64,000 bases of DNA, taken from positions 14,936-78,935 of the forward strand of contig CAZFCQ010000010.1 in NCBI GenBank assembly GCA_964517845.1. The letters are read 5' to 3'. The notes below the pieces were generated by a model. The model saw nothing but the letters and a program-made list of their open reading frames with translations, was not told the origin of the DNA and made no database searches. The translations under genes were made by a program, and so were the position numbers. Below, one piece after another: positions 37,929-48,154 of the stretch. Every line of letters begins with the position of its first letter. The stretch's first letter is position 1. Source of the stretch: an uncultured Thermoprotei archaeon. Its GTDB lineage: Archaea > Thermoproteota > Thermoprotei > QMSL01 > B3-G16.

Positions 37929-38726
37929 ATGCGATTAGGTATCGCTAGTTATTCATACCATCGAAATATTCGAAAGGGTAGAATGAGCATAGAAGACTTC
38001 ATAAAAAGGGCATTTGAACTTAATGTTGATGGTGTAGAATTGAATCAGCTATTCTTTCAACCAGAGAGAGATCGTTTAAAGAGCATAAAACGCCAACTTC
38101 TATCTTACGGTTTAGATCTATCTTGCATAACTGTTGATAATAACTTCTGCTTGCCTGATGAAGTAGAACGACGTAAGCAGGTAGAATGGGTAAGAAAGTG
38201 GGTTGATGCTACAATATTTCTTGGAGCTCCTATCATGAGAATCAATGCAGGCTGGCCTCCTAAAGGTGTCGAAGAATCGAAGGCTTTCACTTGGGCGGTA
38301 GAGTGTATAAAAGAGATATGTAAATATGCAGAAGACTTCGGCCTAATGATTACTGTAGAGAATCATGGAGGGATTACGACCACTGCTGATCAAATCTTAA
38401 AATTAATAGATGCTGTAAATTCTGATTGGTTTAGAGTTAACCTTGATGTAGGTAATTTCCCTCAGAATATATACGAGAATATAGAAAAAGTTGCTCCTTA
38501 CACGGTACACGTTCATGCAAAAGTTCTTGAACTAAAGTTATCATGGCAAGGTCTTAGAAGTTACTGGAGTGAGGCTAAATTAGACTATAGACGCATAATG
38601 GAAATACTTTATAGAGTAAACTATAACGGATACCTCTCACTAGAGTATGAAGGAAAAGAAGACGAAGAAGTAGGCGTCTCTAGAAGTATAAAATTCCTAC
38701 GAGAACTAATCTCCTCAGCCCCTTGA
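37929..38726 (+). CDS. Sugar phosphate isomerase/epimerase (xylose isomerase-like TIM barrel), paralog of 25133..25909
   Basis: MRLGIASYSY...VDGVEL...MRINAG...VENHGG...HVHAK...SLEYEG. Confidence 0.75.
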   Translation: MRLGIASYSYHRNIRKGRMSIEDFIKRAFELNVDGVELNQLFFQPERDRLKSIKRQLLSYGLDLSCITVDNNFCLPDEVERRKQVEWVRKWVDATIFLGAPIMRINAGWPPKGVEESKAFTWAVECIKEICKYAEDFGLMITVENHGGITTTADQILKLIDAVNSDWFRVNLDVGNFPQNIYENIEKVAPYTVHVHAKVLELKLSWQGLRSYWSEAKLDYRRIMEILYRVNYNGYLSLEYEGKEDEEVGVSRSIKFLRELISSAP

Positions 38727-38821
38727 GTGAGTTGCAGATATTATTTAAATTTATACATAACCTTAATCTCATCTTTTGGATATAGTCTACAACATCTAAT
38801 AAACACTTAATGATGACCTAT

Positions 38822-39688
38822 ATGAAGATCATACCTATAGCTTTTGATTCCTTAGGAGTACGTTCTATGGCAACCTTTATTGAGACTGATGATACTACAG
38901 TATTTATTGATCCAAGTGCCGCTCTAGGGCCTAGGCGCTATGGCTTACCTCCTCATCCACTAGAATTCGAAGAACTTGAGAAAGCTTTGGAGAATATAAG
39001 ACTTACCATTGAAAACGCTGAAATCGTAGTGATAACGCATTATCATTATGATCACCACAATCCAAGTGCACCTGAGCTACTTGATCGAAAAATAGTGTAC
39101 ATAAAACATCCTACTGATCATATAAATGTAAGCCAAAGGATTAGAGCTGCCAGATTTCTAAAATTACTAAGGAATAATGCAAAACCACGTAAAATAGAGT
39201 ATGCTGATGGCCGAGAATTAAGAATAGGCAATACTTTCATTAAAATATCTGATCCATTACCGCATGGAATTAACGATCGATTAGGCTATGTAGTGATGGT
39301 AGCAATTAAATCTGATAATGAAAGTTTCCTTTTTACATCAGATGTTGAAGGACCACCATTAATTCATCAAGCAGAAGCGATATTGCAGGAAAATCCTTCG
39401 TTATTACTTCTTGATGGTCCTATGACCTACATGCTCGGCTATAGGTATCCTTCGGAAGCACTACAAAACTCTATATCCAATATAAGGCGTATAGTAAGCG
39501 AAACAAATGTCAATACAATAATAATAGATCATCACTTCATGAGAGATCTCAACTATAGAACGTATATTGATGAGATAATAAATGCCCTACCTAGACCCGT
39601 CAACATTCTCTCAGCAGCAGAATTTATAGGTAAAAAGCCCAACCTTCTAGAGGCTAGGAGAAGGGAACTTTATGAACTCTTTCCATGA
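38822..39688 (+). CDS. Metallo-beta-lactamase-fold hydrolase (archaeal UPF0282-like)
   Basis: The product carries the ITHYHYDHH motif and an N-terminal MKIIPIAFDSLGVRSMA. Confidence 0.7.
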   Translation: MKIIPIAFDSLGVRSMATFIETDDTTVFIDPSAALGPRRYGLPPHPLEFEELEKALENIRLTIENAEIVVITHYHYDHHNPSAPELLDRKIVYIKHPTDHINVSQRIRAARFLKLLRNNAKPRKIEYADGRELRIGNTFIKISDPLPHGINDRLGYVVMVAIKSDNESFLFTSDVEGPPLIHQAEAILQENPSLLLLDGPMTYMLGYRYPSEALQNSISNIRRIVSETNVNTIIIDHHFMRDLNYRTYIDEIINALPRPVNILSAAEFIGKKPNLLEARRRELYELFP

Positions 39689-39878
39689 AGTTTAGTACTA
39701 ATAGCGTACTATAATATCGACACTATGAAAATGATTTAGAGGATCCTAACTGTAGCTCATCTATTATCTTTTTAAGTTCTATTTTACCACTATCTTGATA
39801 GTTAATCACTGTATGATCACCAGTAATATCTCTACCGTCAGTTAATTATGATAACCACAAGATGCTCCAATCTAGTAG

Positions 39879-39904
39879 ATAACTAATGCATATGCATTAG
39901 TTAT
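39879..39904. repeat. Perfect 26 nt palindrome ATAACTAATGCAT|ATGCATTAGTTAT followed by a T-run
   Basis: Read directly from the sequence. It lies between two convergent genes, so it could be a bidirectional terminator hairpin or a dimeric-regulator site. Confidence 0.6.
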
Positions 39905-39988
39905 TTTTGATCACTATTTATTGACATCAATCTAAGAAACCCTTATGAAGCATCTATCCTGAAGAAGTTACCGCCTTACTTATATCAT

Positions 39989-40354
39989 TTAAGAAGGTTC
40001 TCCTTCAAAGAGCTTATACATTCTCTTGTATGTTTCGTCAAGGTTAATACCTCTCTTAACTAACTCTTCACGTAATTTTAATAAGTCTTGTATTACCTTA
40101 CAAGGTTCCTGCTTTATTCTCTTTATGAGGCTAATTTCTTCGTTTATCAGTTTTTCAACTATTTCGTGTACTCTAAGATATCTTTGTAATGAGATGTAGA
40201 GCTCTAGGTTTCCAGCTATTATAGCTATAGCGAACGTGAATATAAGGTTAAAGGTAGGATCGCCTAGTTCCTCTAGTCTCTCTAATTCGTATTTCGAGAG
40301 TTCTTGAATTAAGGAAATGCCAATAAAGTGTGTGAGACTAAGTATTATACGCAT
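39989..40354 (-). CDS. Hypothetical all-helical protein with an Rx4H motif (weak HEPN-like)
   Basis: 121 aa. The motif is QRYLRVHEI (R58-x4-H63). A hydrophobic stretch FNLIFTFAIAIIAG argues for caution. Confidence 0.3.
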   Translation of the reverse strand: MRIILSLTHFIGISLIQELSKYELERLEELGDPTFNLIFTFAIAIIAGNLELYISLQRYLRVHEIVEKLINEEISLIKRIKQEPCKVIQDLLKLREELVKRGINLDETYKRMYKLFEGEPS

Positions 40355-40670
40355 ATACTGATCATGTTCTCTTGGACAACTATACCTGCCCTCAGTTAAT
40401 GTCTCATCCTAGCTATAGATGATAAATTGACACTCATAAACCTTAGTATCGGTATGCATGATAAGTTATACCGATTACCTATTATAAGAACCTCTTTTTG
40501 CTAATCCTTAATGAAAGTGAAAGCATCAGCAATACAGCTATAACCAAATAAGAATCTAAGAAATAAGAAAAAGAAAGATACCTTGACAATTAATAATAAG
40601 GAAAAACTTTAAGTTGATATCATCTGGATTCTAGTGTAGGTGATACTCATAAGAGGATTCGTCTTCTGAA

Positions 40671-40871
40671 ATGGAGTTAGAAACTATATTTAAAAAGATA
40701 CTTAACGTATTTGCTGAAATAGGCGAAGAATTCTGGAAGTTATGTAAGAAGCCAGAAGTAGCATTACTACTTATCTTAGTGGGATGGGCAATACCTTACT
40801 TAGGATCCTTCATAGAGTCCTCTTTAGTGGCATTTGCATATAGACAACATAAGAAAAAAGAAATCAAGTAG
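40671..40871 (+). CDS. Small membrane protein, hypothetical
   Basis: 66 aa with one hydrophobic segment (VALLLILVGWAIPYLGSFI) and a basic tail. Confidence 0.3.
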   Translation: MELETIFKKILNVFAEIGEEFWKLCKKPEVALLLILVGWAIPYLGSFIESSLVAFAYRQHKKKEIK

Positions 40872-41107
40872 TCTTTCTTTTTATCATCTACAAATACCTA
40901 TATAACCAAGAGTGTATGATGCCTAATTTCCATAGGTTATTAAGTGAATTATGAATGAAAGATGTACTTAATCATAAATCTACATCAGCAACCTACCCTC
41001 TCATCACTTTTCAGCATCGGGTTGGCTTCATCATACACCTAACTCTTCTTCATTTAAAGATATCGTTTTTACGGAACTTTAGTTTAACTTCTCATGAGGT
41101 AACTATA

Positions 41108-41728
41108 ATGTCCTCTAATAAGGAAGAACTCATGAAAAGACTTAAGGAAAGGATAAGGAATTGCAAGAAGTGCCACCTATGGGAAACTCGCACAAATGCA
41201 GTACCAGGTAACGGTAATCTCTATTCTGAAATAATGTTTGTAGGCGAAGCACCTGGTTATAATGAAGATGTGCAGGGTAAACCTTTTGTAGGAGCTGCTG
41301 GTAAGCTCTTGAATGAACTCTTGATTAGCATAGGACTTAAAAGAGACGATGTATATATAACTAATGTTGTAAAATGTAGGCCTCCCAATAATAGAGATCC
41401 TAAGAGCGATGAGATAGCCATTTGTTCTCCCTACTTAGATGAAGAGATCCAGATTATAGCTCCTAAGGTAATAGTAACGCTTGGCAGGCATTCTACAAAG
41501 TACCTTTTGTCAAAAGTTGGTTTAAAATCCATTTCGATAAGCAGAATTCACGGTAGAACATTTAATATCAGCTCTAATAATTTAAAAGTTCTCGTCATTC
41601 CTACTTTCCATCCTGCTGCAGCCCTCTATAATCCTCGTCTTAAAAATATCTTAGTCAACGACTTCAAAATAATAGGCTCTATAATAAGAGGTCCAAGGAG
41701 ACAGAAACTTCTTGACGATTTCTTCTAA
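41108..41728 (+). CDS. udg: Uracil-DNA glycosylase, family 4
   Basis: Blocks are CKKCHLW, MFVGEAPGYNED, GKPFVGAAGKLL and FHPAAALYN. I chose the start at the ATG at 41108 (MSSNKEEL). Confidence 0.85.
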   Translation: MSSNKEELMKRLKERIRNCKKCHLWETRTNAVPGNGNLYSEIMFVGEAPGYNEDVQGKPFVGAAGKLLNELLISIGLKRDDVYITNVVKCRPPNNRDPKSDEIAICSPYLDEEIQIIAPKVIVTLGRHSTKYLLSKVGLKSISISRIHGRTFNISSNNLKVLVIPTFHPAAALYNPRLKNILVNDFKIIGSIIRGPRRQKLLDDFF

Positions 41729-41808
41729 AAGGCTTACAAATTCCGCTCCGATGCTGCCCGCTTCTTCATAAATCCGCTATAACGGTAATATCTTCATCGC
41801 GGTAATTT

Positions 41809-41970
41809 CTATACTCTATCCTGTAATTTAACACCTACCCTAAATATAAATCCACAGTAAGGACATTCATAAACCCTATTTATCCATCTTTTAAACCTAT
41901 ACTCCTTAACTGGCTCAGCATCAAACTCTCTATTACATTTAGGGCATCTCACTTTTCCTTTTTCGCTCAT
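41809..41970 (-). CDS. Small zinc-ribbon protein (53 aa), below the size cutoff of the ORF track
   Basis: My own translation of the minus strand gives MSEKGKVRCPKCNREFDAEPVKEYRFKRWINRVYECPYCGFIFRVGVKLQDRV. It has two CPxC knuckles. Confidence 0.5.
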   Translation of the reverse strand: MSEKGKVRCPKCNREFDAEPVKEYRFKRWINRVYECPYCGFIFRVGVKLQDRV

Positions 41971-42134
41971 TCTAAGTTAATCCCCTCCATCACCTCATAT
42001 GTTCCATTATAAGAATGATACAGAGATAAATAAATGATTTCTCTCAGAAGCAGTTAATCTAATATAAGTCTGGTGCTAAAGTATACCTCTTCCTCCTTAC
42101 GGCAAGAGTTATAACCTATAAGTTAACTATTCTA

Positions 42135-42749
42135 ATGCGTATGTCACGTAATGAAGCACCACTAAGATTTACAGATACAGAGAGAAAAATTCTTCAGTAC
42201 CATATAATGGGTTTATCCCCTAAGGAGATTGCTAAAAAAGTTAACTGCTCTGTTAAGACTGTCTATAAGGCTGTTAGTAAATATCGACGTGCTCTGAGAG
42301 AAGGTTATCCTGTAGAGAAATTACATTCATTAATCATGAGCAATAATATTGACAGAATAATGCCATTACTTCAAAATGGAATACCTTTTATTCAAATCCA
42401 TGATCAGGGATCCTCAGCTAGGGTATTCATGACTCCTTTGATTACTCTGCCCTTAAATGACATCTTAGAGATCAATTCATTTTTAAAAGAATTGATAAAT
42501 TGCATAAGAATTCTAACAGAGAATATTCGTGAAGTAAAAGAAGAGCTCTCAGCCTTAAGATATACTATGATAGATATAGAGCGCAGGCTTATCACTACTT
42601 CTAAGCCTTCATATACTACTCTAAGCAAAGTCAGTAATGTACAGAATCGTGCGCCTCTATATGGAAAGCTTCCTTCATATCTAGTAGATAATCCATGGCT
42701 TAAAATACTAGCGTCTTATGGTAGTCAACAAGATGAAGTTCCTAGCTAA
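42135..42749 (+). CDS. HTH transcriptional regulator (LuxR/sigma-70 region 4-like HTH) with C-terminal coiled coil
   Basis: The HTH region reads TDTERKILQYHIMGLSPKEIAKKVNCSVKTVYKAVSKYRR. Confidence 0.55.
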   Translation: MRMSRNEAPLRFTDTERKILQYHIMGLSPKEIAKKVNCSVKTVYKAVSKYRRALREGYPVEKLHSLIMSNNIDRIMPLLQNGIPFIQIHDQGSSARVFMTPLITLPLNDILEINSFLKELINCIRILTENIREVKEELSALRYTMIDIERRLITTSKPSYTTLSKVSNVQNRAPLYGKLPSYLVDNPWLKILASYGSQQDEVPS

Positions 42750-43497
42750 TGTTCCATATTATTTTAAGGAGAACCATGATCGCTACTAATGTCAAGATAA
42801 TCAAAGTAACGATATAATCAGTTTTACTAAATTTAGCTTCATAGAGAAAAGTCCGTTTTTTTGGTAGACCGAATCCTCTACTTTCCATTGCTTCCGCTAT
42901 CTGAAAACTTCTCCTTATCTCATAGACCATTAGTGGTACTAATATTGGTATAAAGTTTTTAACTCTCTTAAGGAAACCACCTTTCTCAAGTTCTAATCCC
43001 CTAGCTCTCTGAGCATCTATGATTCTCTGTAAATCCCGAGCTAAGGTTGGTAGAAATCTAACGGCCATAGTAAATGCCAGTGTAAATTCATAAGGTACCT
43101 TCATCTTGATTAATGCCATGGCTAGGCTCTCTGGTGATGTAGTTAGAAAAACTACAGAAAATGTTGATGAAAGAGCAAGAAACCTCAAAGTCATAGAAGT
43201 AGCATACTCAAGTCCATTTATATTTGGAGAGAAGAGAAAGTTCACTACAAATATGAAAACTAGAAGAGGAATTAACCCCCTTATCATATTTAACCATCGC
43301 TTTATAACTCGGCCTAATAAGACTAAGGGTATACTTGTAGTAAGAATTAGCATTAATACGAAGATGTTTACAAAGAGAAGACTAAGCACAAGCATACAGC
43401 ATGAATAAAGTAACTTAACACGAGGATCAAGTCTATGTATGGGACTATCTAATTCTCTAAATTCAAATCCTTTCATTATTCTCATTATTCCATTCAA
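42742..43497 (-). CDS. ecfT: ECF transporter transmembrane (T) component, EcfT/CbiQ family
   Basis: The product is polytopic. The C-terminal coupling-helix region reads ARGLELE...I.RSFQIAEAMESRGF. Confidence 0.8.
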   Translation of the reverse strand: MNGIMRIMKGFEFRELDSPIHRLDPRVKLLYSCCMLVLSLLFVNIFVLMLILTTSIPLVLLGRVIKRWLNMIRGLIPLLVFIFVVNFLFSPNINGLEYATSMTLRFLALSSTFSVVFLTTSPESLAMALIKMKVPYEFTLAFTMAVRFLPTLARDLQRIIDAQRARGLELEKGGFLKRVKNFIPILVPLMVYEIRRSFQIAEAMESRGFGLPKKRTFLYEAKFSKTDYIVTLIILTLVAIMVLLKIIWNIS

Positions 43498-44321
43498 CCC
43501 ATGGCCTCAGCTATGCACTTAACGAAATTTTCAACCTTAAGGTAATTTCCTGTAAAATTTACTTTTCCTTTAAGATACGTTGCTGCTTCAGCTAACTGGG
43601 GCAATAATAGGCGTGCTTTCTTCATGATTGCTTCATTAGTAAGCAATTTTTCTACTCTTCCTCTTGCTAATATCCTACCATCTACCATTATTATTATATC
43701 ATCAAAGAATTCTGCTACGAACTCGGTATCGTGCGTCACTACTATTAGAGTTCTCCCCTTAGCATTTAGCCTCTCAATTATCCCACCTAATACTTGTTTC
43801 TGTTTATAGTCTTGCCCTGTGGTTGGTTCATCCATAATTATTATCTCTGGATCATAGACTAGCACCGAAGCTAGGGCTAATCTTTTTTTCTCTCCACCGC
43901 TTAATGAGAATGGATTCCTATCTCTGTACTCATATAAGTTCATTTCTTTAAGGGCTCTCTCTACGCGAATTCTTATTTCCTCCTTATCATATCCGAAATT
44001 CCTTAATGCAAAAGCTACCTCTTCCTCTACTGTTTCCGCGAATATCTGATGTTCTGGATTCTGAAATACTAGTCCTACAAATTTAGCTAATTCTGCTACG
44101 CTAGCTTCTCGTGTATCTATTCCTTTTACTTTAACATACCCTCTTATTGGCTTAAGTAAACCATTAAAATGTTTTATTAATGTTGTCTTTCCTGCTCCGT
44201 TCTCGCCCATTATGGCAACAAGTTCCCCCTCTTCAATATCTAGATTTATACCCTTGAGTACCCACTCTCCCTCTTCATATCTGAACCACAAATCCCTAAC
44301 TTCTATGGCTTTCGAGGGCAT
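43494..44321 (-). CDS. ecfA: ECF transporter ATPase (EcfA2-like)
   Basis: Motifs are GENGAGKTT, LSGGEKKRLA and IMDEPT. Confidence 0.85.
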   Translation of the reverse strand: MPSKAIEVRDLWFRYEEGEWVLKGINLDIEEGELVAIMGENGAGKTTLIKHFNGLLKPIRGYVKVKGIDTREASVAELAKFVGLVFQNPEHQIFAETVEEEVAFALRNFGYDKEEIRIRVERALKEMNLYEYRDRNPFSLSGGEKKRLALASVLVYDPEIIIMDEPTTGQDYKQKQVLGGIIERLNAKGRTLIVVTHDTEFVAEFFDDIIIMVDGRILARGRVEKLLTNEAIMKKARLLLPQLAEAATYLKGKVNFTGNYLKVENFVKCIAEAMG

Positions 44322-45156
44322 ACATCACTACCTCTGCGAATTCTCTTGAATTCAATGGTACCCAATCCTCCTCTCCAAAAAGTTCCCTATAGGCTTTAAT
44401 TACCTTAGGTATTTCTATTCCTATTACTTCAGCTTTTTTACTGCCTAGTATAACACGAGGATTTCCTTCAGCTATTATTTTACCTTGATCCATCAGGACT
44501 ATACGATCTACTTTATCCGCTATAAGGCTTAGTCTATGTTCAACTAATATGATGTTTATCTGCATTTTTGCCCTTAACTCCTGAAGCAATTGCAAGATTT
44601 CAGCAGAACTTGCAGGATCTAGATTAGCTGTAGGTTCGTCCAATACAAGAACCTTAGGCTTTAATGCTAAAACAGAGGCTATTGCAACTTTTTGTTGTTC
44701 CCCTCCAGAAAGCTCATAGGGTGCTCTCTTTCTTAGATGTCTTATGTTCAAAAGATCGAGAACCCATTCTATACGTTCTATTATTTCCTCCCTAGGAATA
44801 CCTAAGTTCTCAAGCCCAAACGCTATTTCACGCTCAACACTCGAAGTTATTAGCTGTGATTCAGGATCTTGAAAAACCATCCCTACATACTCTGCTAACT
44901 CATAAGGCTCATGATCCTTTACCCTTATCCTATCTAGTATATAAACATCTCCTTTGTATTCACCCTCATAAAAATGTGGTATTAGTCCATTAATACAACG
45001 GCAGAGAGTTGTCTTTCCACAACCGCTAGGGCCTGTTACCAATATGAACTCATTATCTTCTACTAAGAGATTCACATTATACAATGCCCATCTTTCACTT
45101 CTAAAGTACCTGAAACATAGGTTTTCTATTCTTACTAGACTTCCCATTTTGCTCAT
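44296..45156 (-). CDS. ecfA: ECF transporter ATPase (EcfA1-like)
   Basis: Motifs are GPSGCGKTT, LSGGEQQKVA and VLDEPT. Confidence 0.85.
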   Translation of the reverse strand: MSKMGSLVRIENLCFRYFRSERWALYNVNLLVEDNEFILVTGPSGCGKTTLCRCINGLIPHFYEGEYKGDVYILDRIRVKDHEPYELAEYVGMVFQDPESQLITSSVEREIAFGLENLGIPREEIIERIEWVLDLLNIRHLRKRAPYELSGGEQQKVAIASVLALKPKVLVLDEPTANLDPASSAEILQLLQELRAKMQINIILVEHRLSLIADKVDRIVLMDQGKIIAEGNPRVILGSKKAEVIGIEIPKVIKAYRELFGEEDWVPLNSREFAEVVMYALESHRS

Positions 45157-45171
45157 CTCTGCTGGCTCTTT

Positions 45172-46389
45172 TTAGCTTCTACCAACGACAATTTTAATTA
45201 TATCCCTATGTTTTAGCTTATAGTCTGCACCTAATCTTTTTCGAGTCCTAACATCTATAGCAAACATGAACTTCTCTCCTAATTCACTATGAATTTTATA
45301 GGCCAAATCTAACACTGTACTTCCTTTAGGCATCAGGAATACGTCAGGAAGCACGTTACCACTATGATCTATTAATCTATTCTCGTCTTCTACGGGGAAT
45401 ACTGCTACCATACCTAATGCTTCAAGAAATGCTATGTTTATTAATCTCTGAACCCCTGTAGAACCCCACTTGTTAATTACATTTTCTCGTATATACTCTA
45501 ATGCACGTCTTTGTCTCTGGCTAAGTTTTTCTGGTCTTACTATATCAAAATCTCTATCTCCTGGTAGGTACCTTATTAATCCTGCTTTTGCGGCTTTCCT
45601 TAAGGCTAACTCAGCCTCGGCACTTACTGGTATGACTCTATATCTCTTTCCAAACGTTTCTTCCAATGCCTCTACATAATCCTCTGCTGTAGGTAAATCT
45701 ACCTTATTAGCCGCTATGATCATAGGCTTGCTTTTCTTTCTTAACGTATTTATGAACTTAAAGATATCCGCATCTTTCCATGTATCAACTCTCTTCGATT
45801 CTAATGAAGTCTCGTTTAATGCATCAACTACATGTTCCATAGTAATCCCTAGTCCACTTAACTTCTCGAAGAGTACCTGCTTTAGATCCTTTCTAGCAAC
45901 ATTAACTAACTTAACTATATGTTCCCAGTCATCCTTTATTATTTGATAAATCCACATATCTATTTCTCTCTCAAGAAATTGAACATCATCACAAGGATCG
46001 TGAGATCCAGGCTTCACCTTTCTACCTTCAGAATCCGTTGTACCGCTTGCATCCACAACTAAGACTAGTATGTCTGCTCTTCTTACATGATCTAAGAATC
46101 TATTTCCTAATCCTCTACCTTTCCAAGCTCCTGGTACTAAACCAGCGATATCTATGACCCTTACAGGAATGAACCTATTACCTCTTATACAAAGAGAATT
46201 TCTAGGATTGTCTTTAACGTTCATCTCTTTACAAACACAAGGTATTCTAACATAGCCTATACCTACATTCGGCTCTATAGTAGTAAATGGATAGGGGGCT
46301 ATCTTAACATCGAGCAGTGTTAGAGCTGAAAAAAGCGTAGATTTACCAGCATTAGGAGGTCCTACCAACCCTGCTAAGGGGGCACTCAT
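45172..46389 (-). CDS. OBG/YchF-DRG-like GTPase with C-terminal TGS domain
   Basis: Motifs are [15 protein letters not shown] and NKVD. The C-terminal beta-grasp region reads ...KHRDIIKIV. Confidence 0.8.
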   Translation of the reverse strand: MSAPLAGLVGPPNAGKSTLFSALTLLDVKIAPYPFTTIEPNVGIGYVRIPCVCKEMNVKDNPRNSLCIRGNRFIPVRVIDIAGLVPGAWKGRGLGNRFLDHVRRADILVLVVDASGTTDSEGRKVKPGSHDPCDDVQFLEREIDMWIYQIIKDDWEHIVKLVNVARKDLKQVLFEKLSGLGITMEHVVDALNETSLESKRVDTWKDADIFKFINTLRKKSKPMIIAANKVDLPTAEDYVEALEETFGKRYRVIPVSAEAELALRKAAKAGLIRYLPGDRDFDIVRPEKLSQRQRRALEYIRENVINKWGSTGVQRLINIAFLEALGMVAVFPVEDENRLIDHSGNVLPDVFLMPKGSTVLDLAYKIHSELGEKFMFAIDVRTRKRLGADYKLKHRDIIKIVVGRS

Positions 46390-46399
46390 ATTCTCTCCC

Positions 46400-46996
46400 T
46401 TATGTATACATTATCAAAAGGATCTCTAAGACCGCTGCTAAATAAAGGAAAATTATAGCTATTAGGTACATGTTCCCTAAATCTGATAATGTAGCAAGTA
46501 ATGCCTCTCTTCTATTAATGTCTTTACCAAAAATGATGCTGGGTTTAATTAAGCATATCCCGACATCCAACGCAGCAGCAGTAACTAGAATATAGCTTAC
46601 ACTTTCTAATGCTACCGTTAATAATACCCTAAATGAGGTAGTGAGGTCTTTTAATAACTTCATACCTGCTAGGTAGACTCCCAAGCTATGTGCTTGAAAT
46701 AGTAAAATCACTAGATTAAGACCTGGAATGAAGCCTAGAATTGATAGGTAAATGAAGATTACTATTATAAGGTTGGCTAGGAAGACTAGCTGAATTGCCA
46801 TATGGTAATACTTCCTATACATAAGCATATTGACAAGACGTATGATGGGGTTATACTCCATTTCTGTTCTCAGTATTACTTCAGCTATAGGACTACCGCT
46901 ATACGCTATGAAAGAAACTACTATGTCTAAGTAGAATAGGACTGCTACTATGGAAATCTCTTTCCATTTTTTGGTTATAAGATTTAAGGGATCCAT
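46400..46996 (-). CDS. Polytopic membrane protein, hypothetical (SpoIIM/DUF95-like size and topology)
   Basis: 198 aa with 5-6 hydrophobic helices. Confidence 0.45.
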   Translation of the reverse strand: MDPLNLITKKWKEISIVAVLFYLDIVVSFIAYSGSPIAEVILRTEMEYNPIIRLVNMLMYRKYYHMAIQLVFLANLIIVIFIYLSILGFIPGLNLVILLFQAHSLGVYLAGMKLLKDLTTSFRVLLTVALESVSYILVTAAALDVGICLIKPSIIFGKDINRREALLATLSDLGNMYLIAIIFLYLAAVLEILLIMYT

Positions 46997-47074
46997 TTTC
47001 TTTCAGTTCCCGTGTAGTTGAAAAGTTATTTAATTTTATTCCCCTTTCCTTAATGAAAGTGAGGAAGTCAAACT

Positions 47075-48154
47075 ATGACAGAGTTAGTAGAGATAGATGG
47101 CTCTTATGGAGAAGGAGGAGGTCAGATACTACGCTCTTCAATCGCTTTATCAGCCCTTACTCTAAAGCCAATACGAGTTTTCAATATACGAGCGAAGAGA
47201 TCAAATCCAGGACTAAGGCCACAACATATGACTGCTATTAAAGCTGTAGCAACCCTAACTAAGGCTAAAGTGAAAGGCCTCTATAAGGGGTCTATGGATA
47301 TAACCTTTAATCCAGAGAAAAGGCTTGGTGGTTATTTTAGATTTGATATAGGAACAGCTGGTAGTATCTCGCTTGTGTTACAAGCTTTACTACCTGCGGC
47401 AGCCTTCGCTATACGACCATGTACCTTTGAGATAATAGGCGGTACTGATGTCATGAAGGCTCCACCAATAGACTATGTAAGATTTGTTTTATTACCCTGG
47501 CTTCGTAAGTTTGGCTACGAAGTTAGCATAGAGTTAAGAAGGCGTGGTCATTATCCCCGTGGAGGAGGAAGAGTTATTGTCAGAACTATGCCTGTTAAAG
47601 TGCTTAAAGCTATAAGAGCTACCGAAAGAGGTAGTGTGGTACAAATTAAAGGGATTTCTCATGCAGTTCGCTTACCATCTCACGTAGCTATTAGGCAAGC
47701 AAAAGCAGCGGAGGATATCCTAAAGAAGGCTGGATATGATGATATTGAAATAAATATAGAATGGTATCCACCAAATAAGGACCCCCATCTAGGTCCAGGA
47801 AGTGCTGTAGTCCTATGGGCCATAACGGATAGGGGCTTTATCTTGGGAGCTGACTCTTTAGGAGCACGAGGAAAACCTGCTGAGGTAGTAGGTAAGGAGG
47901 CTGCAGAAAAATTACTTAGTGAACTTAAAACAGGAGCATGTGCCGATAGACATATGGGAGATATGTTAATTCCATTCATGGCGGTTGCGAAAGGTACTTC
48001 AGAAATAAGCGTAAGTTCCTTAACTTTACATACTATAACTAACATACACGTAACTGAGAAAATCTTAGGTATAAAATTTGATATTCATGGTAAAGAGGGA
48101 GAGCCTGGCCGAATTAAAGTTCATGGTTTAGGTCTGATGAATAAGTCCTCCTGA
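47075..48154 (+). CDS. rtcA: RNA 3'-terminal phosphate cyclase
   Basis: Blocks are IDGSYGEGGGQILRSSIALS and the ...GLRPQH... pattern. Confidence 0.9.
   Translation: MTELVEIDGSYGEGGGQILRSSIALSALTLKPIRVFNIRAKRSNPGLRPQHMTAIKAVATLTKAKVKGLYKGSMDITFNPEKRLGGYFRFDIGTAGSISLVLQALLPAAAFAIRPCTFEIIGGTDVMKAPPIDYVRFVLLPWLRKFGYEVSIELRRRGHYPRGGGRVIVRTMPVKVLKAIRATERGSVVQIKGISHAVRLPSHVAIRQAKAAEDILKKAGYDDIEINIEWYPPNKDPHLGPGSAVVLWAITDRGFILGADSLGARGKPAEVVGKEAAEKLLSELKTGACADRHMGDMLIPFMAVAKGTSEISVSSLTLHTITNIHVTEKILGIKFDIHGKEGEPGRIKVHGLGLMNKSS

Noticed and set aside
47053-47241. 62 aa ORF overlapping the rtcA start in another frame
   Set aside because: The RtcA frame has canonical motifs from its first residues, so the alternative frame is spurious.
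47680-48045. 121 aa minus-strand ORF inside rtcA
   Set aside because: It is an antisense shadow ORF.
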